Positions 28,967-37,875 of a stretch of DNA of 64,000 bases are shown piece by piece; position 1 is the stretch's first letter; each line of letters opens with the position of its first letter. A program made the translations under genes and the position numbers. The notes under the pieces were generated by a model. It saw only the letters and a list, made by a program, of their open reading frames with translations, was not told the origin of the DNA and searched no databases. The DNA is from Marvinbryantia sp. (lineage in GTDB: Bacteria; Bacillota; Clostridia; Lachnospirales; Lachnospiraceae): NCBI GenBank assembly GCA_045598185.1, contig JAZLLO010000113.1, positions 55,966 to 119,965 on the forward strand, in the 5' to 3' direction.

Positions 28967-30583
28967 GTGAGAGACATGAAACTTACGTTTTTAGGTGCTA
29001 CACATGAGGTAACAGGCAGCTGTACATTGTTGGAAGCCTGTGGGAAAAATATTCTGATCGACTGTGGAATGGAGCAGGGTGTAGATGTGTTTGTGAATGA
29101 AGAACTCCCGATTCCACCGTCTCAGGTAGATATGGTTCTTCTGACGCATGCGCATATGGATCATGCGGGAAAGCTGCCTTTATTATATAAGAATGGATTC
29201 ACCGGACAGGTATTCTCAACCACGGCTACGGAAAAGTTAAGCCAGATCATGCTGCGTGACAGCGCACATATTCAGATGGCTGAAGCAGAATGGAAGAATC
29301 GTAAGGCGATGCGAGCTGGCAATACGATCGTAGAGCCATTATATACTATCGATGATGCAGAAGGTGTACTCAGATGCTTCATTGGCTGTGACTATATGGA
29401 GCAGATCAGGATAGCAGAAGGAATCGTAGTACGTTTTGTGGATGCGGGTCATTTATTAGGTTCTTCATCGATTGAAGTATGGATTACAGAAGACGGAGTA
29501 GAAAAGAAGATAGTATTCTCAGGAGATATTGGAAATGAACGTCAGCCATTAATCCGTGATCCACAGCTGATCGAAGAAGCGGACTATGTTGTGATGGAAT
29601 CCACCTATGGCAACAGAAGCCATGGACCAAGAACAGATTATGTTAAAGATCTGGCAAAGATTCTGCAGGAGACTTTTGATAAAGGCGGCAATGTTGTAAT
29701 TCCGTCCTTCGCGGTAGGAAGAACACAGGAGATGCTGTATTTTATAAGAAAGATAAAAGAAGACCGGCTGATTGCCAATCATGAGGCATTTGAAGTATAT
29801 GTAGATAGTCCTCTGGCAGCAGAAGCAACCCGAATCTTCATGGAAGATATGGGAGACTTTGATGACGAAGCGAAGGAACTGGTGAACCAGGGCATCAACC
29901 CGATTGGATTCCCAGGACTTAAGACAGCTATCACCAGCGCAGATTCTGTGAATATCAACCTGGACAGCAAGCCAAAGGTAATCCTTTCAGCCAGCGGTAT
30001 GTGTGATGCAGGACGTATCCGCCATCATCTGAAGCACAATCTCTGGAGAAAAGAAAGCACGATTCTTTTCGTAGGTTATCAATCAAATGGAACACTGGGA
30101 CGCGCTCTGGTTGAGGGGGCTACAAAGGTTCGTCTCTTTGGTGAAGAAATCGAAGTAAAAGCAAAGATACTGGTACTTCCTGGAATCAGTGGACATGCAG
30201 ACTGCGACGGACTCTTCCACTGGATTGCAAGTTATAAGAAGAGACCTGCGAAGGTGTTTGTAAATCATGGTGATGACAATGCCTGTATGGATTTTGTAAA
30301 ACGTATTCGTGAGGAATTGAGTCTGGATGCTGTGGCACCATACAGTGGAACTGCTTACGATCTTGCAACAGGAGAATGTATCCGCGAGACGACAGGTGTA
30401 CTGATCGAGAAGAAGATCTATACAGCAGGAACCAGGAGACGTACGGTATTTGACAGACTTCTTGCAGCAGGAGAAAGACTCCTTCGTATTATCCGCGATA
30501 ATGAAGGTCTTGCGAATAAAGACATGGGCAAGTTTGCGGATCAGGTAGAAGCATTATGTGATAAATGGGAGATGAAAAACTAG
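28967..30583 (+). CDS. MBL-fold beta-CASP ribonuclease
   Basis: FLGA..EVTGS, THAHMDH, AGHLLGS, SGDIG, ESTYG, FAVGRTQE, SGHAD. Confidence 0.88.
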   Translation: MRDMKLTFLGATHEVTGSCTLLEACGKNILIDCGMEQGVDVFVNEELPIPPSQVDMVLLTHAHMDHAGKLPLLYKNGFTGQVFSTTATEKLSQIMLRDSAHIQMAEAEWKNRKAMRAGNTIVEPLYTIDDAEGVLRCFIGCDYMEQIRIAEGIVVRFVDAGHLLGSSSIEVWITEDGVEKKIVFSGDIGNERQPLIRDPQLIEEADYVVMESTYGNRSHGPRTDYVKDLAKILQETFDKGGNVVIPSFAVGRTQEMLYFIRKIKEDRLIANHEAFEVYVDSPLAAEATRIFMEDMGDFDDEAKELVNQGINPIGFPGLKTAITSADSVNINLDSKPKVILSASGMCDAGRIRHHLKHNLWRKESTILFVGYQSNGTLGRALVEGATKVRLFGEEIEVKAKILVLPGISGHADCDGLFHWIASYKKRPAKVFVNHGDDNACMDFVKRIREELSLDAVAPYSGTAYDLATGECIRETTGVLIEKKIYTAGTRRRTVFDRLLAAGERLLRIIRDNEGLANKDMGKFADQVEALCDKWEMKN

Positions 30584-31468
30584 ATGAAAAAACGAGTATT
30601 ATTTATCATTAATCCTAAGTCAGGAAAAGGTGCAATCAGAAATCACCTTCTTGATATTATTGATATTTTTATTAAGGCAGAGTTTGACCTTACGATCTAT
30701 ATCTCTCAGGCGGCCGGGGATGCCCGCAACAAGGCAAAAGAGGCGGCCCACAGATACGATTTGATAGTATGCAGCGGTGGCGATGGAACACTGGACGAGG
30801 TCATTAGTGGTGTTATGATGACAGAGAATCGTCCATGTATTGGCTATCTTCCAAGTGGAAGCACTAACGACTTTGCAAGAAGCGCGTTCATTCCAATTAC
30901 CATGACGGAAGCGGCAGAACATATCACTAGATGGAGAGAATTCCCTTGTGATATCGGATTATATAACGACGATTATTTTGTTTATATTGCAGCCTTCGGA
31001 TTATTCACAGATGTATCCTATGAGACAAATCAGGATATTAAGAATGTCCTCGGGCATGTTGCATATATTCTGGAAGGAATCACAAGGCTTATGGATATCA
31101 AGTCCTATGAGATGCATGTAGAATCAGAGGAATTTACGATTGAGGGAGATTTCCTCTTTGGTATGGTAACGAATTCTACATCTGTAGGCGGTATGAGGAA
31201 TCTTACCGGAAAGAATGTAGATCTGGCAGATGGTGTATTTGAAGTGACGCTGATCAAAAAGCCGCATGATATCTTAGAGATGAATGGTCTGATAACCGCG
31301 CTCATCGCAGGAAAACCGGACGATAAGTATTTTTATCAGTTCCATACAAAAAAGATTACTTTCAATGCAGAAAAAGAGGTACCATGGACACTGGATGGAG
31401 AGTTCGGAGGTTACCATAAAGAGGTAAATATTGAGAATATCATGCATGCGCTGACACTTCTCATATAA
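30584..31468 (+). CDS. Diacylglycerol-kinase-family (YegS/BmrU) lipid kinase
   Basis: INPKSG, GGDGTLDEV, PSGSTNDFA, LDGE. Confidence 0.9.
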   Translation: MKKRVLFIINPKSGKGAIRNHLLDIIDIFIKAEFDLTIYISQAAGDARNKAKEAAHRYDLIVCSGGDGTLDEVISGVMMTENRPCIGYLPSGSTNDFARSAFIPITMTEAAEHITRWREFPCDIGLYNDDYFVYIAAFGLFTDVSYETNQDIKNVLGHVAYILEGITRLMDIKSYEMHVESEEFTIEGDFLFGMVTNSTSVGGMRNLTGKNVDLADGVFEVTLIKKPHDILEMNGLITALIAGKPDDKYFYQFHTKKITFNAEKEVPWTLDGEFGGYHKEVNIENIMHALTLLI

Positions 31469-31530
31469 AAAAGTACCAACAAGTTATAGAAATGTTACGA
31501 AAATATTGCAGAATTGCACTTGAAAAAGTA

Positions 31531-31696
31531 CTATCCACATAACTCACATTCAAGTTATCCACAGGAAAAAACAGTGGAAAAACGTTGATAAATGGACTTA
31601 TACACGGAGTTCTCCACAGTATCCACCTTAATGTGGATAGGAGGAGAAAGTTATCCACATGATGAAAAAGAACAGGTGTTTTGTACACTATTCACA
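31531..31696. promoter_or_regulatory. DnaA-box cluster
   Basis: Perfect TTATCCACA at 31555 and 31651, plus 1-2 mismatch boxes at 31531, 31573(-), 31583(-), 31598, 31610, 31619, 31632(-), 31688. Confidence 0.85.
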
Positions 31697-31773
31697 AAGT
31701 TACATAATTATTACGGAATATTATGGTTAATGAAATATATGAATAACAGGTATTCCGGAAAGGGAAAATAGAA

Positions 31774-32424
31774 ATGAGACTTAGAAATATTCCAAGAGCA
31801 AATGATGTTATAATGGCCAGTTCTCTGGTTATTCAGGAACCGAAAGAGAAGAGGGGAGCGTGGAAAACGGTTTTTCAGAATGACAATCCGATTCAGATTG
31901 AAGTTGGTATGGGAAAGGGCAGGTTCATTACAGAACTTGCAAGAAGAAATCCACAGATCAATTATATCGGAATTGAGCGATACACCAGCGTTTTACTGCG
32001 TGCGGTAGAAAAGCTTCAGAAGGGTCCACAGGAAGAGATTCCAGATAATCTCCTGTTCATTTGTATGGATGCAACAGAACTTCCGGAAGTATTTGCACAG
32101 GAGGAAGTGGATAAGATATATCTGAATTTTTCAGATCCATGGCCAAAGGATCGTCATGCTCGAAGAAGACTTACTTCCAGACAGTTTCTGGGACGCTATG
32201 ATCAGATTCTGAAGAAAGACGGTGTTGTGGAATTCAAGACTGATAACAGAGGATTATTTGATTTTTCTCTTGAGGAAGTAGAGCCTGCAGAATGGAAGTT
32301 ACTTATGTCGACCTTTGATCTTCATGCTGATGAAGAATTGATGAAGGACAATATCATGACTGAATATGAAGAAAAGTTTTCTGCGAAAGGGAATCCAATC
32401 TGTAAGATGATTATCTGCAGATAA
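31774..32424 (+). CDS. trmB: tRNA (guanine-N7) methyltransferase
   Basis: IEVGMGKG, LNFSDPWPK.RH..RRLT, FKTDN, MTEYEEKF. Confidence 0.95.
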   Translation: MRLRNIPRANDVIMASSLVIQEPKEKRGAWKTVFQNDNPIQIEVGMGKGRFITELARRNPQINYIGIERYTSVLLRAVEKLQKGPQEEIPDNLLFICMDATELPEVFAQEEVDKIYLNFSDPWPKDRHARRRLTSRQFLGRYDQILKKDGVVEFKTDNRGLFDFSLEEVEPAEWKLLMSTFDLHADEELMKDNIMTEYEEKFSAKGNPICKMIICR

Positions 32425-32536
32425 GTCTTGCCCGTGAAGCCTCTGCGAGATTCACGATTTATAGATTACTATAGTCATAGATAAAAAAATCCGATATAAT
32501 AGGAGTTAATAATCCTATTCAGGAAAGGGGAATAAT

Positions 32537-33067
32537 ATGTGTTACGAAAACAATGATCTTGCCGGTATCGTAAAAGAAGGAATGCAAAGAGATAGTAGGG
32601 GGAGAAGAGATCTCTGTGCAATCTATGCGGACCGAGAGAAGTTTGACAGATTGGTTTGCTGTCTTGCGGATATGTACAGAGGAAAGGTTGACTATGTAGC
32701 GTCTCCGGAATCTCTGGGGTATATTCTTGGAAGCTCTGTTGCTGCAGAGCTTGGAGTAGGTTTTATTCCAATGAGAAATGGAGAGCATTCTTATCTGTAC
32801 GAGGATGATGAAATCAAGGCATCTTATATCGATCATAGAGATACTGTCAGAACTCTGAAGGTTAGAAAGGGCAGCATTCCGGCAGGAAGCAGGATACTTC
32901 TTGCGGATGACTGGGTAGAGACAGCAGCTACTATTCAGGCATGCAGAATTATTGTGGAAGAAGCAGAGGCAAAGATCATAGGCATCGTATCCATCGGAGA
33001 GACAAAGGGCAGTGCAGCTGAAGAACTGAAGGAAAAAGGGCTTTTACACAGCATTTACGAAGAATAA
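32537..33067 (+). CDS. Adenine phosphoribosyltransferase-like protein
   Basis: PESLGYILG...A..LGVGFIPMR, PRPP-loop variant LLADDWVETAAT. Confidence 0.7.
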   Translation: MCYENNDLAGIVKEGMQRDSRGRRDLCAIYADREKFDRLVCCLADMYRGKVDYVASPESLGYILGSSVAAELGVGFIPMRNGEHSYLYEDDEIKASYIDHRDTVRTLKVRKGSIPAGSRILLADDWVETAATIQACRIIVEEAEAKIIGIVSIGETKGSAAEELKEKGLLHSIYEE

Positions 33068-33182
33068 ATAATGGAAACATTATTGTGAAAAGAATAGGAA
33101 AATGATATAATAATTATATGTATGTTGCACCTTGGTGTACATGGGAGCACGGATTTTATTTGAAATATAGGAGAGTAAGGGT

Positions 33183-33575
33183 ATGTATTTATCAGAATTA
33201 AACGCAACCGAAGGTAAGAAGTTCCTGGAACTTGCTTATAAGATCGCTAACTCAGATGTTAATTATGCGGGAGAAGAGATTCATCTGATCAAGAAGTTTA
33301 AAAAAGAACTGGATATTGAGATCATCCCATCTGGTTCTACAATCGATGAATTGATCAATTACTTTGCAGCAGCTCCTGTAAGTGTACAGAAGATTGTTTT
33401 ATTTGAGGCAGCTGGTATGGTAACAGCAGATAAGAATGTTACAGCTAAGGAACAGGAGATCCTTGATAAGATGGCAGCTGCATTCGGTTTATCAGCAGAA
33501 CAGAAGGATATGATCGTAAAAGCTTCAGCACAGCTTGAGGCAGCTTACGAAGTAGCAAACGCAGCAGTTCGTTAA
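33183..33575 (+). CDS. Hypothetical protein, TerB-like helical fold
   Basis: Repeated A..D....E motifs (IANSDVNYAGEE; VTADKNVTAKE); own RBS and terminator. Confidence 0.55.
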   Translation: MYLSELNATEGKKFLELAYKIANSDVNYAGEEIHLIKKFKKELDIEIIPSGSTIDELINYFAAAPVSVQKIVLFEAAGMVTADKNVTAKEQEILDKMAAAFGLSAEQKDMIVKASAQLEAAYEVANAAVR

Positions 33576-33591
33576 TCAATGAAGATTGTTT

Positions 33592-33620
33592 GCCAGCTCA
33601 TTTATTGGGCTGGCTTTTTT
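33592..33620 (+). terminator. Rho-independent terminator
   Basis: GCCAGCTCA-loop-TGGGCTGGC-TTTTTT. Confidence 0.7.
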
Positions 33621-33692
33621 CATCTCAGATGGTGGGGGGATCCTATATCTGAGATTTGCGCTTTACTCAGAGAACATAGAAAAGGAGACAAC

Positions 33693-34811
33693 ATGTTTGA
33701 GGCAAAAGAATTGGTTCGCTACCTGGATTCATTAAATGATACCTATGGTGTTCCGGGTGGTGAGATCCGTATTACAAAAGGGTACGAAGAGATATTCCAT
33801 TATACTTTTGGTGATCGTCTGCAGAAGGAGAACGAGGGAAAGGATTACTATTGGTTCTATTCCATGTCAAAGGTATATACCATGACCTGTATCCTGCAGC
33901 TGGTAGAGCAGGGAGTGCTTTCACTGGAAACGAAGTTAACAGAGGTATTTCCTTCTCTCGTTAAGATCAATCCGGCGATTGAGAAGACGACCTTACGTCA
34001 TTTGATGACTATGACAGGTGGACTTGATTATACGATAGATGGGAAGGCTTTATCAGAACTTAGAAAGACAGATCCACGGTGTATGGACCCAGAGAAGTAT
34101 GTGGAGGCAATCTATCGGGATGCTATGATTGCAGAACCGGGTGAGATGTTCAACTATAGTCTTTGTCATGATATCTGCGGTGCTATTCTCTGGAAGCTTA
34201 CCGGACTTCCGCTGGATCAATATATGAAAAAGTATATTTTTGAACCACTTGGAATCAAAGATCTGACGTTTTTCCCGGATGAGGATCAGAAGAGCAGATA
34301 TGTTCCGCAGTATTCAAGGGAAAACGGTATTTACGAGAGACTTAGCGATGGTAACCAGCTTATGATTAATGACTGTTTTGCAAGTGGCGGCGCAGGACTT
34401 TCGGGTAATCTGGTTGCCTATATGACGATGCCACAGTGCCTTGCCAATGGCGGGAAAAGTGAAGCTGGATATCAGGTGTTAAAGTCAGAAACGATCGATC
34501 AGTTCCGGGCAGAACAGCTGGAAGGCTTCGGACTTCTGGGACAGTTCCCTGAAAAGATGACGAATCACGGGCTTGAACATTATAGCTATGGACTTGGTGT
34601 CAGAACCAAGATTATCAAAGATGAAGAAACTCCGGTAGGAGAGTTTGGATGGGACGGCGCAGCTGGCGGCTACATCCTGATAGATCCGGAGAATCACCTG
34701 ACGGTGGGATATCTGCAGCATATTATGCACTTTGGAGAGGTATACGGAGAGATACACCCGACGATCCGAAGACTTATATATGAACAAATAAATAAAGAGG
34801 ATGGAGAGTAG
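33693..34811 (+). CDS. Serine hydrolase, beta-lactamase/family VIII esterase fold
   Basis: SMSK (SxxK), LRHLMTMTGG, PGEMFNYS, FGWDGAAG; start MFEAKE after AAGGAG. Confidence 0.85.
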   Translation: MFEAKELVRYLDSLNDTYGVPGGEIRITKGYEEIFHYTFGDRLQKENEGKDYYWFYSMSKVYTMTCILQLVEQGVLSLETKLTEVFPSLVKINPAIEKTTLRHLMTMTGGLDYTIDGKALSELRKTDPRCMDPEKYVEAIYRDAMIAEPGEMFNYSLCHDICGAILWKLTGLPLDQYMKKYIFEPLGIKDLTFFPDEDQKSRYVPQYSRENGIYERLSDGNQLMINDCFASGGAGLSGNLVAYMTMPQCLANGGKSEAGYQVLKSETIDQFRAEQLEGFGLLGQFPEKMTNHGLEHYSYGLGVRTKIIKDEETPVGEFGWDGAAGGYILIDPENHLTVGYLQHIMHFGEVYGEIHPTIRRLIYEQINKEDGE

Positions 34812-35475
34812 ACAGATGGATATTTTGACAGCAATCAAGGAAAGACATTCCGTAAGAGTGTATAAGGATGAACCGATTCAACAGGAAACAAGGGAAGAAC
34901 TTGATTTATTTGTGAAAGAAGTTAACGAAGAGAGTGGATTGAACATTCGCGTGATCTATGATGATCCAAAGGGATTTGATTCCAGACTTGCACATTATGG
35001 AAGCTTTCGTAATGTAAAGAACTATATCGTGCTTGCAGGAAAAGACTGTGATCAGTTTGGCGAAAAGTGCGGATACTATGGAGAGAAGATCGTGCTGAAG
35101 GCTCAGATGCTGGGACTTAATACCTGCTGGGCAGCGCTTACATTTAACAAGAAAGCAGTGAAGAAGCTGGTTGCAGAGGATGAAAGATTCTGTATGGTAA
35201 TTGCACTTGGCTATGGCGTAACCAATGGTAATCCACATCGTGGAAAGACAATGGAGAAGGTGCTTGCTACAACTGGAAGTATGCCGGAATGGTTCGAAAA
35301 GGGAGCAGAGGCAGCACTTCTTGCACCTACTGCAATCAACCAGCAGAAGTTTAAACTTGGCATGAAGCTTGGTGAGCCAACGATTAAGGTATCAGGAAGA
35401 GGAATCCATACAGATGTTGACCTTGGTATTGTAAAGTATCATTTTGAGGCTGCATCCGGCAGAAAGGTTTTATAA
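34801..35475 (+). CDS. Nitroreductase-family protein
   Basis: ERHSVRVY, GYYGEKIVLKAQMLGLNTCW, LAPTAINQQ; start could be 34816. Confidence 0.82.
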   Translation: MESRQMDILTAIKERHSVRVYKDEPIQQETREELDLFVKEVNEESGLNIRVIYDDPKGFDSRLAHYGSFRNVKNYIVLAGKDCDQFGEKCGYYGEKIVLKAQMLGLNTCWAALTFNKKAVKKLVAEDERFCMVIALGYGVTNGNPHRGKTMEKVLATTGSMPEWFEKGAEAALLAPTAINQQKFKLGMKLGEPTIKVSGRGIHTDVDLGIVKYHFEAASGRKVL

Positions 35476-35479
35476 TCAG

Positions 35480-35971
35480 ATGAGTTATGTATATCGACAG
35501 GTAAGAGCGGGGGAAGCTGTTTTCGCTGCGCAGATTGAAGCTGTTTCCTTCCCGGCGAATGAAGCATGTCCTTTGACAATGATGGAGAAGAGAGTAAATA
35601 ATGCGCCTGACCTTTTTTATGTGGCACTGGACGAAACAGGGAAGATGGTTGGGTTTATCACGGCTATAGCTACCATGGAAGAAAAGCTTCGCGATGAGTT
35701 CTTTACCGATATCTCACACCATGACGCGAAAGGGATTCATGTCATGATTTTAAGCCTTGCAGTCCTTCCTGAGTACCGCGGACGTGGCATTGCCCGTGGA
35801 CTTATGAAAGCCCTTTTAGAGAGTCAGAAGGGAAAGGACAGAGAGAATGCGGTTCTTACCTGTGTGCCTCGTAATATCGGCTTATATGAGAAATTAGGCT
35901 ATGCAGATGGCGGAGTATCCGCTTCTGAATGGGGCGATGAACTGTGGCATGAGATGACGTATATGTTTTGA
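35480..35971 (+). CDS. GNAT acetyltransferase
   Basis: LAVLPEYRGRGIA, LYEKLGY. Confidence 0.85.
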   Translation: MSYVYRQVRAGEAVFAAQIEAVSFPANEACPLTMMEKRVNNAPDLFYVALDETGKMVGFITAIATMEEKLRDEFFTDISHHDAKGIHVMILSLAVLPEYRGRGIARGLMKALLESQKGKDRENAVLTCVPRNIGLYEKLGYADGGVSASEWGDELWHEMTYMF

Positions 35972-35986
35972 GCAATTTCAAAAAAG

Positions 35987-36012
35987 AGGGGTGTTGCATT
36001 TGCAACACCCCT
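35987..36012. terminator. Bidirectional terminator / palindromic repeat copy 1
   Basis: AGGGGTGTTGCA-TT-TGCAACACCCCT. Confidence 0.75.
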
Positions 36013-36031
36013 TTAATAATTCGATTTCAGA

Positions 36032-37612
36032 TTAGTTGATTCTTGACTTAGCTGTTACTTCTACTTTCTTGTCGTAGCAAGCGAACATGCTGTCAATATC
36101 CTTCTGGCTCTGTTTTGGTGTGATCAGAGAGATGATTGGAACAATGATAAGACCGCCAACCATTGCGATTACACCAGAGTTAATAGATGACTTGAAGATA
36201 TAGCTGAGGATTGGTCCCCATCCAGAGATATCTACATGTGCTAATGAGATGTAAAGCTGGAAGCAAGCGATGAAGCAGCCCCATACGAAGCATACCCATG
36301 TTGCGATACGTGTAACACCTTTCCAGTACAGTGCGTAGAGGTATGGAGCAAGGAATGCACCTGCAAGAGCACCCCATGAAACACCCATCATCTGAGCGAT
36401 GAAAGTAACCTGTGGGTTAGCATCCTTGAAGATAGCGATAACTGCAGATACAAGGATGAAGAATACGATGAAGATACGCATTGTAGAAACCTGTTTCTTT
36501 TCATCCATATCTTTGTTAGCTACCTTGATAACGTCAAGTGTAAATGTTGAGCTTGATGTCAGTACCAGTGAAGAAAGTGTTGACATAGAAGCGGAAAGTA
36601 CAAGTACGATAACAACTGCGATAACTACTGCCGGAAGAGTAGAAAGCATAGAAGGTACGATTGTATCGAAGAGTGGCTTGCCAGTTGCTTCGTTGTAAAC
36701 GATCTTGTCAGCATAGAGACGACCGAAACCACCGAGGAAATAACATCCACCAGCTACGATGATAGCGAATACTGTAGAGATAACAGTTCCTTTATGAATA
36801 TCATTCTCGCTCTTGATAGAGTAGAACTTACCAACCATCTGTGGAAGACCCCATGTACCAAGAGATGTAAGCATAACTACGAATAAGAGTGCAAGTGGAT
36901 CAGGACCGAGCATTGATGAGTAAGCACCGCCTGCCCATCCATCTGCAGGGATCTCAGAAAGCTTCTGCATAGCTGCAAGAAGACCACCGTTCTGCTTCAG
37001 TACAGATAAGATAACTGCGGTAATACCGTACAGCATTATAATACCCTGAATGAAATCATTGATCGCTGTAGCCATGTAACCACCGAAGATTACATAAAGA
37101 CCTGTCAGAATAGCCATAACTGCGATGATTACCCAGTATGGAAGGTTGAATACCATACCGAATAAGCTTGAAAGACCATTATACAGAGATGCTGTATAAG
37201 GAATCAGGAAAATGAATACGATTACTGATGCAGCTACTTTTAATGCTGTAGAATCGAAACGTTTTCCAAAGAAGTCAGGCATTGTCTTTGCATCGAGATG
37301 CTGTGTCATGACACGTGTTCTACGTCCTAAGATGTTCCATGCGAGAAGGGAACCGATGAACGCGTTACCAAGACCTGCCCATGTTGCAGATGTACCGAAG
37401 TTCCATCCGAACTGTCCAGCGTATCCTACGAAGATAACGGCTGAGAAATAAGAAGTACCGAAAGCAAATGCTGTAAGCCATGGACCTACAGAACGTCCGC
37501 CTAAAACGAAACCATTAACGTCTGTTGCATGCTTTCTTGTGCTATATCCTACATAGATCATTACTATAAAAAATGCTACAAGTAAGATACCGCTAAGAAT
37601 TTGAGTTGACAT
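36032..37612 (-). CDS. Sodium:solute symporter
   Basis: FVLGGRS.GPW, TSYFSA, GGYMATAINDFIQG, WGLPQMV.KFY, LSASMSTLSS; start MSTQ after GGAGG. Confidence 0.88.
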   Translation of the reverse strand: MSTQILSGILLVAFFIVMIYVGYSTRKHATDVNGFVLGGRSVGPWLTAFAFGTSYFSAVIFVGYAGQFGWNFGTSATWAGLGNAFIGSLLAWNILGRRTRVMTQHLDAKTMPDFFGKRFDSTALKVAASVIVFIFLIPYTASLYNGLSSLFGMVFNLPYWVIIAVMAILTGLYVIFGGYMATAINDFIQGIIMLYGITAVILSVLKQNGGLLAAMQKLSEIPADGWAGGAYSSMLGPDPLALLFVVMLTSLGTWGLPQMVGKFYSIKSENDIHKGTVISTVFAIIVAGGCYFLGGFGRLYADKIVYNEATGKPLFDTIVPSMLSTLPAVVIAVVIVLVLSASMSTLSSLVLTSSSTFTLDVIKVANKDMDEKKQVSTMRIFIVFFILVSAVIAIFKDANPQVTFIAQMMGVSWGALAGAFLAPYLYALYWKGVTRIATWVCFVWGCFIACFQLYISLAHVDISGWGPILSYIFKSSINSGVIAMVGGLIIVPIISLITPKQSQKDIDSMFACYDKKVEVTAKSRIN

Positions 37613-37641
37613 GTTACTAATCCTCCAAAATATATGTTTTC

Positions 37642-37815
37642 TCGCTTTAAAGTACAAAACTTTAAAGTGCTGAATCATATTATACTGATTTCCTATTATT
37701 ATGTCCAGTATTTTTGAAAAGAAATAAAAAAGATAATCCAATTATTTTGCTTCCTTTCTTTGTTCCTTTATGCTATAATGATATTTAGTCGCTTTAACGC
37801 GTAAAACTGTAGATG
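37642..37815. promoter_or_regulatory. Divergent promoters, each followed by a related operator-like motif
   Basis: Minus: TGGACA(37707)-17-TATAAT(37684); plus: TGcTATAAT(37771-37779); motifs at 37642-37669 and 37789-37815. Confidence 0.55.
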
Positions 37816-37875
37816 TTTAACGTACGAATGTGAACAACATGATGTTGAGGATGTTTAGGAAAGGAAAGAATTATC

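Noticed and set aside
31461-31688. 75-aa minus-strand ORF
   Set aside because: Its VDN-type repeats are a by-product of the DnaA boxes; no coding support
31469-31773. Calling the DnaA-box cluster oriC or a CRISPR array
   Set aside because: No dnaA/dnaN and no gene-strand switch; units are 9-mers with irregular spacing, not repeat-spacer units
33110-33175. Possible riboswitch upstream of the TerB-like gene
   Set aside because: Only a short hairpin; no yybP-ykoY, fluoride or other consensus recognised
33693-34811. Antibiotic-resistance beta-lactamase
   Set aside because: No signal peptide, and a WDG motif typical of family VIII esterases rather than KTG
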